A stretch of DNA of 64,000 bases from Gloeobacterales cyanobacterium (GTDB lineage Bacteria > Cyanobacteriota > Cyanobacteriia > Gloeobacterales > PMM-0068). The DNA lies in assembly GCA_038245785.1 (NCBI GenBank), contig JBBRSB010000025.1, positions 11,543 to 75,542 on the forward strand, given 5' to 3'. The notes beneath the pieces were generated by a model. It saw nothing but the letters and a program-made list of their open reading frames with translations. It had not been told where the DNA came from and ran no database searches. This document shows positions 50,430 to 60,881 of the stretch, in pieces (positions within the stretch are counted from its first letter, which is position 1; each line of letters opens with the position of its first letter). The position numbers and the translations under genes are program-made.

Positions 50430-53400
50430 AGGTAACTACAAAAGCCTTTTTCAGCCTTTCGATATTGGCAGGAGTAAAACCACGTACTCCGTTAGGGTGA
50501 ATTATTCTTCCGTGATTAGGGAGACCTTTCGTAGGACAGGGAAATAAATCAAAACCAGCATCCCGAATAGCTCTGACATCAGCAGTGCCGACGGTCTTGG
50601 CTAATTCATGCAATCTAGTAGCATTGGGGTAAGTCGCTCGCATTTGATCTGCGGCTTGCTGAGGTGTTCCTCCAATTAAGACAGAAAAGCCTGGCGGTTT
50701 CAACCCCATTTCTGTAGGTGTAGGCGTCAATCTTTCAGTGCTAGCTCCTCCCATTCGGTGTACAACGATATTATTTCCATCATCATCACGCTTTACTGGG
50801 ATTGGAGCTAGGCGAGGTTCTGGGTTTGATCTAGGAGCATAGTTTCCTACTTGACCTGGTACTCCAGCTCTAGTAGAGTCAACGGGATCATATCCATAGT
50901 TAGGAGCCTGTCCACTTGGATCTGTAAAGTCAATCGGATTATTGCCTACATACGCCTGAAGGTTGGTATCCCCACCCCCAAACCCTAGAGGATCTTCTGC
51001 AATGAATCGCTTTTGGTCAGGATTGTAATACCGAGCCCGATAGTAGTAGTAACCTGTCCCATCATCTTCTCTGCCTGTGAAAGTGAAGGGATTACTACTG
51101 CTACTTCCGGTAGTCTGTTTCTTACCAAAGGGACTGTAGTTATAACTGGTCTTAACGGTCCCAGTGTCATCTGCTAACCCAATGACACTGCCTAGAGCAT
51201 CGGCAAGATAATATTCATTCTGTCCAGACTTTCTTTCCAAGGGCTGGTCAATTCCAGGGCCAAAGGTATAGTCTGCCCCTGTTTCACTGATTAGATCTGA
51301 TCCGTCATATAGGTAGGTTTTAGTCTGTCCATTGACTGTTTTGCTGGTCCTTCTACCCATCGCATCGTAGGTAAAGGAAGCTGTGAAGTTAGGTCCTGAT
51401 AGAGAGATCAATCGGTCTCTGGCATCCCAAACTGCATTATTGATAGTCTGGTTAGCATTGTCATCATGACTGACAGGCTTACCATTCCGAGAGGTGTATT
51501 GATTGAGCGCATTGACGGTGGCTGTATCGGTTGCCGTATCTCTGGGAGCAGGAGCCGTATTTCCTGAATAAGCAGTCCGTCTGTTGATCTCGTCATAGCC
51601 ATAGACCAAATCTCTTAGGACTTGGGAGCCTTTGCTGTACTTCATCCCCGTCAATCGGCCAGCTGCATCATAGCTATAGGCAGCACTGATTCCATTGGGT
51701 AAGGTCATCCCCGCTCTACGGTCTAATTGGTCATAGCTGAAGCCAAAGGTCGCATTGCCCTCTGTAATTGTGGTCAGTCGGTCGTTATCGTCATAAGAGT
51801 AGTTCAGTGTTCTCTGATTATTTATCTTCAAACTCGTTCTTCTACCTAGAATATCGTAGGCATAACTGACCGTTCCTCTAGGGGTACTTTCTTTGGTCAG
51901 TCTATCCAATAGGTCATAGGTAAAGTTATGCTGTCCTGCTCCAGATGCTGTGTCATTTAAACTAACTAAACGGTCTTCATCATCATAGGTATTGGTAACA
52001 ATTTTCCCATCGTTGTAGGTAGTACTGACCAACCTATCATTTGCATCATACTGATAAGTTGTCACCTGCCCTTTGCGGTCGGTAGCTTTAACTAAATTGT
52101 CATTGCTATCATACTGATAGGTTGCTACTTTCCCTGAAGCATCAGTCCGCTTAATTAATCTATCCTTATTGTCATAGTCATAACGAGTGACATTGCCTGC
52201 AGGGTCCGTTACAGAAAACAGATTACTGTTCGCATCATAGGCATACTTGATAATTCTTCCTTCTCCAGAAGTTGCCTGAGTCATGCGGTCTAGGATGTCA
52301 TATTGATACTGCACCACATGCCCTAACGCATTGGTCGCTTTCGTCATCCGGTTCAAAATGTCATAGTTAAAACTGGTGCTATGATTCAGTGCATCCGTGA
52401 CCTTGAGGACATTCCCGCGCTCGTCATAGGCCATCGTCGCTGTTTCATTCCGGGCATTAGTGATGCTGGTAATCTGACCGAAAGAGTCATAGTTTAGTTT
52501 GCTAATCTTGCCCAAGGGGTTTTTTATTTCGGTAAGATTCCCTTTTGCGTCATAGGTAATCGTACTGGTTTTACCCAAAGCATCCGTAATAGCAATAGGT
52601 TGATTGAAGTTAGGCTCATAGCTAAGCTTCGTAACACTATTATCTGGAGCCTTAATCTCGATTAGATTCTCTTTCGCATCAAATGTAGGAATAGTCACTC
52701 TACCCAAACGGTCTGCTACACTCTTTACCTGATTGCTCCCCGGTTCTCTATTCGTAATACTCTGATTACCAAAGCCATCACTGTTTCCAGCTGCATATAA
52801 ACCACTCCCCACCCGTGTGATTTGACTATTTCCTCTTTGGTCAACCACTTCAACGGAAGTCAATCCACTATCGGGGTCACTGCTATTTATCAACGTGTAG
52901 ATAAACTTCGCTACACTGCCATCAGCATAAGCTTCTTGTGTGATTCTGCCATTGGTATCATAAGTCCGACTGGCATCTACAATCCCTCTTTGATTCGTAG
53001 TGGTTAGCAACTGGTTTTTAGCATCGTAGGTGTAGCTTACTTGCTGCCCTAGAGGGTCTGTGACTGTGATGAGTCTGCCTGCTGCATCATATTGATAACT
53101 GACGGAACGTCCGCCTTGGTCTGTGATTTTCTGTATCCGTCCGGTGTTGAGATCTACTGCAAAAGTAAGTTTTCCAGAAACCGAGCTAATCTCAGTGATA
53201 TTTCTACCTGAGTCACGCGTAATGGAGATGCGGTTATTATTGCGGTCTGCAAGCTCCGTCAAGAAATAGTTAACTTTACGGCTAATAGTGGAGGAGACTC
53301 CAAAGGTCATGGTGCCGCCATTCTTCATCTTCAATGTGTAGGTAGACCCATTCTTAACCAACCTGCTACCCCGATAGCTGGGGTTATCCAAATTGGCAAA

Positions 53401-54960
53401 TTGGTTGGTCGTCCCTGCAATAATTGGGAATTTGACACGGTAGTTATTCGATAAAACCAGCTCTACCAATTGAGAGGGAGGAATCGGCGTGCCAGGGGAA
53501 AGAAAGGCTGGGTCTACCGGAGGGATTTCCTGAAGAATCAGTTCAAAGTTATGGGCAGAACCAATCCCAAAAGGCCCTTGACGGTTGTCGCCGCTCCGGT
53601 AGGTGCGACTAATTGCAAAAGGAACTCTTCCGCCGATGACGCCAAAATCAGTGCTGTCATAGCGTTCGGTCCCGCTAGCTAGGTCTACAGCACCATTTTT
53701 ACACCCGCAATCCCCTTGTGAGTCCTTAGGCGGATCTCCTGGTCCTTGGTTCTGAGGTGGTGGAACCGGGAAATGCCAGGAGAAAGCGGGCAGGCCATAG
53801 GGTTTACCTGTGGCTGGGTCCATATCCGGTACGATTTGCTGACCATCGGCACTTACAGTCCCAGTGCCATAGCGAACGTATTGCCCTGATTCCGTATCAT
53901 GGTCTGCTCGATATAAAGGGACTTTCGTCCCTAGACGAGCATTCTTGGACAGATTGGGATAGGTAATCTGGACCGGCTGACTCAAAATGGCATCAGCAGG
54001 CTGGATGGATAGCAAGCGTACAGGCGATACCCCACTGGGAAAGGGCATCGGGGTTCTATCAGGCGGCAAGCTGGTAATCGTAATTTGGGTGACGGGTGTA
54101 CCATCCGGTCGGGTAATCTTCAAACCGGCAGGGAGCTTTACCTGTAAACCAGGGTTATCTGGTGTGGTCAAGGTTAGGTCTTGAGCAAAAGTTGTGGGAA
54201 TCGTCTTTTTGCCCTGGGGGTCATTGGCCGTCAGGTAGACGGTATAGGCCAACTTATTCGCTTGATTAGCAAGTATGTTAGCCGGGACAATGACAGCGGG
54301 ATATTCGACTTGAGCTGTAGAAATCGGTCTACCATCTACCAGAATCGTAGTTTTGCGTTCGGGTAGATTGCGGAGGGTAAAAGCTCCGGTAGCGTCGGTA
54401 TAGGCTTCTCCGGTCCCTGGGAACTGTTCTAGAGCAACGCGGACACCAGCTAGCGGTTTAGGAATAGCATCGCCACTGAGGACTTTTCCGCTGAGGGTCG
54501 TTGCAGGAGCGGTTGGAGGCGGTGGAATGATATCAAAATCTAAGGGATTGGAACTGCCCTTAGGATTGGCGACGCGGACTTTGCGTTTGCCCAAAGTAGC
54601 CAGGGGATTGACGATGACCTCAATAACTTTTTCGTTATCAGTGCCGTAGAGGATACGTGCGGCTATATCGGCACTGGGGTCAAACTGGACTTGAGAAATA
54701 TTGCTGAGATTCGTCCCGGTTAGGGTGATACGGGTAGTTTGGTTGAGAGCTAGGCGAGCAGGACTGAGCGCGGTGAGCTTTGGCTTTTTCTCCTTAACGT
54801 CTTTGTCGTCCTCTTTCTCTTTAGAGTCTTTATCCTCTTGCACCTGAGACGTTTGATTCCCTTTGGTGGCTTCAGCGAGAGCAGGCTGCCCATAGACCAA
54901 AAAGTCCGGGAGCACAAAGACAATCGCTAGAAGAAGCGAAATCAAACGTTTATGCGACAT
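50419..54960 (-). CDS. Full-length secreted RHS/YD-repeat polymorphic toxin
   Basis: Signal peptide (MSHKRLISLLLAIVFVL...PALA), Ig-like domain, carboxypeptidase-regulatory-like domain (LSGKV...PLAGVRV...TDATGAFTL), DUF6531-like motif, YD repeats, NPIDFTDPSG, and a variable tip (VHRMGG...GFSV...PTKGLPNHGRI). Confidence 0.92.
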   Translation of the reverse strand: MSHKRLISLLLAIVFVLPDFLVYGQPALAEATKGNQTSQVQEDKDSKEKEDDKDVKEKKPKLTALSPARLALNQTTRITLTGTNLSNISQVQFDPSADIAARILYGTDNEKVIEVIVNPLATLGKRKVRVANPKGSSNPLDFDIIPPPPTAPATTLSGKVLSGDAIPKPLAGVRVALEQFPGTGEAYTDATGAFTLRNLPERKTTILVDGRPISTAQVEYPAVIVPANILANQANKLAYTVYLTANDPQGKKTIPTTFAQDLTLTTPDNPGLQVKLPAGLKITRPDGTPVTQITITSLPPDRTPMPFPSGVSPVRLLSIQPADAILSQPVQITYPNLSKNARLGTKVPLYRADHDTESGQYVRYGTGTVSADGQQIVPDMDPATGKPYGLPAFSWHFPVPPPQNQGPGDPPKDSQGDCGCKNGAVDLASGTERYDSTDFGVIGGRVPFAISRTYRSGDNRQGPFGIGSAHNFELILQEIPPVDPAFLSPGTPIPPSQLVELVLSNNYRVKFPIIAGTTNQFANLDNPSYRGSRLVKNGSTYTLKMKNGGTMTFGVSSTISRKVNYFLTELADRNNNRISITRDSGRNITEISSVSGKLTFAVDLNTGRIQKITDQGGRSVSYQYDAAGRLITVTDPLGQQVSYTYDAKNQLLTTTNQRGIVDASRTYDTNGRITQEAYADGSVAKFIYTLINSSDPDSGLTSVEVVDQRGNSQITRVGSGLYAAGNSDGFGNQSITNREPGSNQVKSVADRLGRVTIPTFDAKENLIEIKAPDNSVTKLSYEPNFNQPIAITDALGKTSTITYDAKGNLTEIKNPLGKISKLNYDSFGQITSITNARNETATMAYDERGNVLKVTDALNHSTSFNYDILNRMTKATNALGHVVQYQYDILDRMTQATSGEGRIIKYAYDANSNLFSVTDPAGNVTRYDYDNKDRLIKRTDASGKVATYQYDSNDNLVKATDRKGQVTTYQYDANDRLVSTTYNDGKIVTNTYDDEDRLVSLNDTASGAGQHNFTYDLLDRLTKESTPRGTVSYAYDILGRRTSLKINNQRTLNYSYDDNDRLTTITEGNATFGFSYDQLDRRAGMTLPNGISAAYSYDAAGRLTGMKYSKGSQVLRDLVYGYDEINRRTAYSGNTAPAPRDTATDTATVNALNQYTSRNGKPVSHDDNANQTINNAVWDARDRLISLSGPNFTASFTYDAMGRRTSKTVNGQTKTYLYDGSDLISETGADYTFGPGIDQPLERKSGQNEYYLADALGSVIGLADDTGTVKTSYNYSPFGKKQTTGSSSSNPFTFTGREDDGTGYYYYRARYYNPDQKRFIAEDPLGFGGGDTNLQAYVGNNPIDFTDPSGQAPNYGYDPVDSTRAGVPGQVGNYAPRSNPEPRLAPIPVKRDDDGNNIVVHRMGGASTERLTPTPTEMGLKPPGFSVLIGGTPQQAADQMRATYPNATRLHELAKTVGTADVRAIRDAGFDLFPCPTKGLPNHGRIIHPNGVRGFTPANIERLKKAFVVTYGH

Positions 54961-55325
54961 AGAGAATTCAGCTAGAGACAACTAGCCAAGAGAGAACTAA
55001 TGTTTATTAAAGGGTATATGTTAGATAATTAGCAATAGGATTTAATAAAATATTTAGCATGTTATAAATGCATATAATTTGGGTACTATGCAACTCTCTG
55101 TTGAAAAATATTGATTCCGAAGAAAACTTTTATCAAAAATATTAAAACCTCATAGCAAGTTTATTTTTGCCCATAAAGATTTATTTAGTATACGAGAGAT
55201 TCCTCCACGGATGGGCATTGCAGTGCTTGCTTTGATGCCTAAGTTTAACTTCATCTATAGAACATTCCTTTTTCCAAAAGGAATGCGCTTGGCTATTCGT
55301 CTACCTAAATTATGGCTAACCTCCC

Positions 55326-58300
55326 ATGAGCAAAAACGTTAATAGGCATCGAAAGAATCATTACTTGAAACTGGCATCTCTAGGCGTTTTGCTTATGGCA
55401 AATCCCTTGTTTGCACAGACCGTCCGGTATGCCTATGACAAAGACGGAAGAGTGACTCAAGTTACTCATGGCGATGGCGTTATAGATACTTACCAATACG
55501 ATGTTGCCAACAATTTAATCAAGAATACGGGTGTTCCAGAAAACACAGCCGCACCTTTTAGTCTTACCGATTACACTCCAAGATCAGCCATTGTGGGAGC
55601 GGCCATTACCATTACCGGAACGGGTTTTAGCAATCCAACGGTGTCTTTCAATGGCACTCCAGCTACGGTGAGTAGCAGTAAAGACACGAGCCTTACTGTG
55701 GCTGTACCCACAGGGGCAACCAGTGGCCCCCTCACCGTAACGGTTGACGGTCAGACTTTGACAGCAGGTGCCTTCAACGTCCTGGCAAATCCAAATACCT
55801 TCTCTGTAACTGACATTACCCCAAAATCAGCTTCCATTGGGGCTAGTCTCACCATTACAGGCACAGGCTTTACGAGTCCTACAGTCACTATCAATGGTAC
55901 TCCCGCTACAGTAACGGCTAGCGCTACCACCAGCATTACGGTAACGGTTCCAACAGGAGTGACCAGTGGCCAAGTCATCGTTACGGTAGGCGGTCAATCC
56001 CAGACCGTTGGCACTTTCACGGTTGCCACTCCGGTCCCATCTTTCACCGTCACAGACTTTAGCCCTAAATCCGCTCTCGTAGGAAGTGCCGTCACCATTT
56101 TGGGGACAGGATTTATCAATCCCACCGTGGCTTTTAATGGCATTGCTGCTCCAGTAACTAATATTACGGACACGGGCATTACGGCTACTGTTCCGGTGGG
56201 AGTTACCAGTGGACCTCTGACGGTTACCGTAGGCAATCAAACCCAAACAGCAGGGACCTTCAATGTAGCTTCTGTCGTAGCTCCAGTACTCACAGCCTAT
56301 TCACTACCTGTTGCCCAAGCGGGGGACAGCATAACCATAACAGGTACCAACTTCGATATTTCTTCGCCTAATGCGAACGTTGTCAAAGTCGGCGGGATCC
56401 GCGCTAACGTCACGGCTGTTAATGCTAATCAGCTCACTTTTATAGTTCCTCCATTCTCAACGATCAACAATCCACCAGGAACCCCTGGAACTGCTCAGAC
56501 AGTTACGGTTCAAACTGCAGCAGGCACCACCACAGCACCCAAACCTCTTTATCTCGTACCGCGTATTATCTTTAACAAGCCTTTCAGTCCCACTGCCACA
56601 GCTTTTGGTGACTTTACCGCCCCTGGAGATAATGGCCTATTGCTTGCACAAAGTGGGCAGTACAACATGCCTATACAGGGAGTCAATATCAATGGTTCAG
56701 GCCGCTTAAATCTCTTTGTTTTTGATGCCGATAACACACTGATACAAACTATCCAGGCACCAGTCGCTCTCTTTGGTCCCCTACTCAATGGGAATTTCCA
56801 GGCTACGACGGGGGCATTTACTTTGCCGAGTGGTGGTCCTTATGTCATCCAAACCGTCTTTGAAACAGACCCAATCCTTAGTTTGCAGGCCACTGGAAGC
56901 GTAAATTTTGGCCTCTTACCTTTCTTGGTCACAAGCAGTACCCCACAATCAGGTTTTGTTGGCGACAGTGTAACGATTAACGGAAGTGGTTTTGTCAATC
57001 CCGTGGTGGCCTTTAATGGTGTCCAAGCTGTAATCACAGCCAGTAGTCCGACCAGCATTACCGCCATCGTGCCAAGTGGAGCAAGAAGCGGCTCTTTGAC
57101 GGTGACTTCGGGAGGGATTACTGAAAGTGCAGGGATCTTTACAATAAAGCCCTTCAAGATTACAGGCAGTACCCCACAATCAGGTCTTGTTGGCGACAGT
57201 ATAACGATTAGCGGAAGTGGTTTTGTCAATCCCGTGGTGGCCTTTAATGGTGTCCAAGCTGTAATCACAGCCAGTAGTCCGACCAGCATTACCGCTACTG
57301 TGCCAAGTGGGGCTAGCACAGGGCTTCTGGCAGTCACTGACCAAGGAAGCACGCAAACTGCAGGGACTTTTGTAGTGAACAGCTCAATTAGCGTCACTCC
57401 GGAATATGGTATTGCAGGCACAACTGTAGTCATTACAGGCACAGGCATAGGTACAGGCATAGGCTTTATCAATCCATCCGTACTTTTCGAGAACGAAGAT
57501 GGTGAACTAAATCAAGCTACGGTGACGGCAAGAAGTCCGACGAGCATCACCGTGATTGTTCCTTCTAGAACGCGGTCTGGCCGCATAATTATTTCAGATC
57601 AAGGTCTGACCTTCTTCACTAGAGAGTTCATAGTATCGAACTTTATAGTTAAAGACTTTACGCCCCAATCTGGTCTACCAGGCGATAGTATAACCATCAC
57701 AGGCAGCGGTTTTGTAAATCCTACGGTAACCTTCAATGGCGTCTCAGGAATCATTACAGCCATGAGTCCAACCAGCCTTACGGTTATTGTTCCGAGAAGT
57801 TTAGGAACTTTAGTAGTCACTGACCAAGGGTACACGCAAATAGCAGGGGCATTTAGTGGACTACCTACATTAATTACGGGCTTTACTCCTCAATTTGGTA
57901 TTTCGGGTACGAGTGTAACAATTACGGGTAGTAATTTTATCAATCAGACCGTAGCTTTCAATGGAATTCCTGCAACAATCGCAAATATTAGTCTCAGCAG
58001 TATTACTGCTATCGTACCTCCTGGAAATGCCTCTGGTTTCCTAACAGTAAGAGATCAGGGATCTACCAAAAACGTTGGTGTTTTTACAGCAGCAAGCTTC
58101 GTAGCTGAACGTTTTACACCACTCTTTGGCTCTTCAGGTGAGAGTATGACCATCTCAGGGAATGGTTTTGACAACCCCACCGTAGCATTCAATGGCAGAC
58201 AGGCTGTAGTAACTGCTAAAACAGCTACTAGCCTTACGGTCATAGTGCCCAATGGGTTAAGTGATGGTGCGCAAAATATTACAGTCACGGAAGGAGGAAT

Positions 58301-59936
58301 AACACAATCGCTAGGGTATTACCAAGTAAGCAATCCCACTAATATTGCAAGCATAACCCCAGCCGCTGGCCGTCCAGGTGACAGCATCACGATTACAGGA
58401 ACAGGCTTTCGCGGTCAATCTCATCCTCCTGATCCTCCCCGTGTGGCATTTAGTGGCGTATACGCACAGGTAACATCTTTTACCTCGACTTCTATCACAG
58501 CAGTTGTACCGAATAGCCTAAATGCAGGTATACAGACTGTTACAGTTCAAAATCCTGGAGAACCCATATTGAATGCAGGTTTTTACACTGTCACAGCTAA
58601 CCCAGTTGATCAAATAACTATTGATATACTTCATTCCTTCAATGGCATTGATGGAGCCAATCCCTTTGCTCGTTTACTGCCAGTTAATGATGGTAGCTTT
58701 TATGGGAGCAGCTATACAGGCGGCGCTAATGATAAAGGTACTATCTTTCGCGTTACCCAGAATGGAACAGTGACCGTTATACATTCATTTAACGGTATGG
58801 ATGGCTTAAAGCCCAATGAACTTATCCAAGCCAGTGATGGCAATTTCTACGGTACGACCAAAGAAGGAGGAGTGTATGGAAAGGGTACTATTTTCCGTCT
58901 AGCTACTAATGGGACGTTTAACACCCTTTATTCTTTCAATGGAACTGATGGTGATAGTCCACGAGCAGGCTTACTTCAGGCTAATGATGGTAATCTCAAT
59001 GGCACTACATTTTCTGGTGGGAGCAATGGGCAAGGTATTCTATTCCGATTAGGTCTAGATGGCACTCTGGCTATAGTTTATGATTTCGGTTCCCCTGATG
59101 GATTGGACCCGCTTGACCCCCTATTCACAGATGCAGAAAATCCCTCCGGCAAACTTATTCAAGGGAGTGATGGGGCACTCTATGGAACGACAGAAGGAGG
59201 GGGAGATCTGAGTAGCCCAGGGACTATCTACAGTATGACCTTGGGAGGTACGGAGACTATTCTCTACAGTAGCTTTGAAGGAGACATTCCTATAGGCGGT
59301 CTTATTCAGAGTAGAGATGGCAATTTCTATTTCACCGTTTCTTCTACCAATGGTGGCACAATCTATAGAATGACTCCAGAAGGACTCATGGGGTATAGCT
59401 TCAGTTATGCACAAGGGGGCAGTCCTGCAGGCGGCCTATTTGAGAGTAGCAATGGCAATATATATGGCACAACCTCCACAGGTGGAAGCCAAGATTTAGG
59501 CATGATTTTCCGTTACCAACCTGACACTTCATTTGGTTCTTTCGAAAGTCTGTATTCTTTTAACGGACAGAATGGTAGCCATCCCTTCGGAGGCATCACA
59601 CAGGGAAGTGATGGCAATTTATATGGTTCTACCTTCGATGGCGGAACCAACAATCAAGGAACTCTTTTTAAACTCCCCCTAACAGCGCCTCCCAGCATCA
59701 CTAGCTTTAGTCCTGCTAGTGGTCCTATTGGGAGTGCTGTGCTCATTAAAGGAACTAACTTTACAGGAGTAACCGGGGTTAGCTTTAATGGGATACCAGC
59801 TAGTTTCACCACATATTCCTCTATCGATACTGAAATCACGGCAATAGTGCCTGCTGCAGCTACTACAGGGTTGATAACAGTTAGTACTCCCAACGGTAAA
59901 GCAACTAGCCTGACACCATTTACAGTTACTCCCTAA
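55326..59936 (+). CDS. Secreted protein: N-terminal YD hairpin, ~12 IPT/TIG domains and seven GloVer-type repeats
   Basis: Signal peptide; YAYDKDGRVTQVTHGDGVIDTYQYDVANNL; repeated FTPxSG...ITITGTGF...V.FNG...TSITV.VP units; seven DGNxYGTTxxGG...GTIFR units. Confidence 0.9.
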   Translation: MSKNVNRHRKNHYLKLASLGVLLMANPLFAQTVRYAYDKDGRVTQVTHGDGVIDTYQYDVANNLIKNTGVPENTAAPFSLTDYTPRSAIVGAAITITGTGFSNPTVSFNGTPATVSSSKDTSLTVAVPTGATSGPLTVTVDGQTLTAGAFNVLANPNTFSVTDITPKSASIGASLTITGTGFTSPTVTINGTPATVTASATTSITVTVPTGVTSGQVIVTVGGQSQTVGTFTVATPVPSFTVTDFSPKSALVGSAVTILGTGFINPTVAFNGIAAPVTNITDTGITATVPVGVTSGPLTVTVGNQTQTAGTFNVASVVAPVLTAYSLPVAQAGDSITITGTNFDISSPNANVVKVGGIRANVTAVNANQLTFIVPPFSTINNPPGTPGTAQTVTVQTAAGTTTAPKPLYLVPRIIFNKPFSPTATAFGDFTAPGDNGLLLAQSGQYNMPIQGVNINGSGRLNLFVFDADNTLIQTIQAPVALFGPLLNGNFQATTGAFTLPSGGPYVIQTVFETDPILSLQATGSVNFGLLPFLVTSSTPQSGFVGDSVTINGSGFVNPVVAFNGVQAVITASSPTSITAIVPSGARSGSLTVTSGGITESAGIFTIKPFKITGSTPQSGLVGDSITISGSGFVNPVVAFNGVQAVITASSPTSITATVPSGASTGLLAVTDQGSTQTAGTFVVNSSISVTPEYGIAGTTVVITGTGIGTGIGFINPSVLFENEDGELNQATVTARSPTSITVIVPSRTRSGRIIISDQGLTFFTREFIVSNFIVKDFTPQSGLPGDSITITGSGFVNPTVTFNGVSGIITAMSPTSLTVIVPRSLGTLVVTDQGYTQIAGAFSGLPTLITGFTPQFGISGTSVTITGSNFINQTVAFNGIPATIANISLSSITAIVPPGNASGFLTVRDQGSTKNVGVFTAASFVAERFTPLFGSSGESMTISGNGFDNPTVAFNGRQAVVTAKTATSLTVIVPNGLSDGAQNITVTEGGITQSLGYYQVSNPTNIASITPAAGRPGDSITITGTGFRGQSHPPDPPRVAFSGVYAQVTSFTSTSITAVVPNSLNAGIQTVTVQNPGEPILNAGFYTVTANPVDQITIDILHSFNGIDGANPFARLLPVNDGSFYGSSYTGGANDKGTIFRVTQNGTVTVIHSFNGMDGLKPNELIQASDGNFYGTTKEGGVYGKGTIFRLATNGTFNTLYSFNGTDGDSPRAGLLQANDGNLNGTTFSGGSNGQGILFRLGLDGTLAIVYDFGSPDGLDPLDPLFTDAENPSGKLIQGSDGALYGTTEGGGDLSSPGTIYSMTLGGTETILYSSFEGDIPIGGLIQSRDGNFYFTVSSTNGGTIYRMTPEGLMGYSFSYAQGGSPAGGLFESSNGNIYGTTSTGGSQDLGMIFRYQPDTSFGSFESLYSFNGQNGSHPFGGITQGSDGNLYGSTFDGGTNNQGTLFKLPLTAPPSITSFSPASGPIGSAVLIKGTNFTGVTGVSFNGIPASFTTYSSIDTEITAIVPAAATTGLITVSTPNGKATSLTPFTVTP

Positions 59937-60039
59937 CCACGGGCATATTGTAAGGAGTAATTTTGAGAAAAGGTCATCTGAGACCGCTCTTAGGCCTTAT
60001 ATAGCAAGACCCATAGCCTCTCAATCACACAAAAGGAGG

Positions 60040-60833
60040 TTATGCTCCTACTTCATTTTCCGTAGAAGTCGCACTCGCGGCGGCCTCTACTTCTTCTAGA
60101 GGAAGATGCAGCGCTTGGGCTATCTGTTCTAAGCTCAGTCCTAATTTGAGCAATTCAGGGACGGTTTTCAGCTTGCCTTCCCGTTCTCCTTCTATTAGGC
60201 CCTCTTCTTTCGCTTCTTGATAAAATCTCGTCTGCTTTAGGTCGCTCAGGTTCAACATCGCTTCCAACTCTCCCCGGCTCATGGCTGGAAATTTGTAGAG
60301 AACTACGGTTTCAATTAGCTCCATCATATCTCTTCGGATAGTCTCCAGCGGCTCAGCTTGAGCCTGTTCCAATAGCCGTCGTGCTTTTTCTACGGCCGTT
60401 CCTTCCGGTTCCACAATCAGTTTGAGAATTCCCAAACTTAGGGATGCTTCTTCTGTAAGTTCACTCAAATAAATCTGCTGCACCTGGTCACTGTCCAATA
60501 AGGCTCGGTAACGTATTCTATCGTCAGGCTCTGTGGCTCTGTTGGGAAAAATGACTACCGCTTGCCAATTATTCGGCTCATCGTACTGTCTCAAGTACAG
60601 GAAAATCTCAGAGAAGAAACGAGCATAGAACCTAGCATCATCCTGAAACTGGACTTCCACGAAGTAGATAGGCCGAGTAGGCGTATCAGGTAGAAATACT
60701 CCGTCAACTCGGAAGGCGGTTTGTTTGATTTCCACCGAGCGGAATTGGTATCCCTCAGGAGACTGACCGATTAAATCGAAAAACTCTCCGGCAAGGTCTG
60801 GAAAATTTTGTAAAAGAGACTATCTGTTTTCAC
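60040..60833 (-). pseudogene. Rpn-family (DUF2887-type) gene with a -1 frameshift in a T-run
   Basis: GTG at 60833 gives MKTDSLFYKIFQTLPESF. One T is missing at 60779-60783 before the frame FDLIG...FRSVEIKQTAFRVDGVF...FVEVQFQ. Confidence 0.82.
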
Positions 60834-60881
60834 ACAGCTCAGTCTACCGTGTGGTTCTATGCGTCAACGCTGCAAATATCG

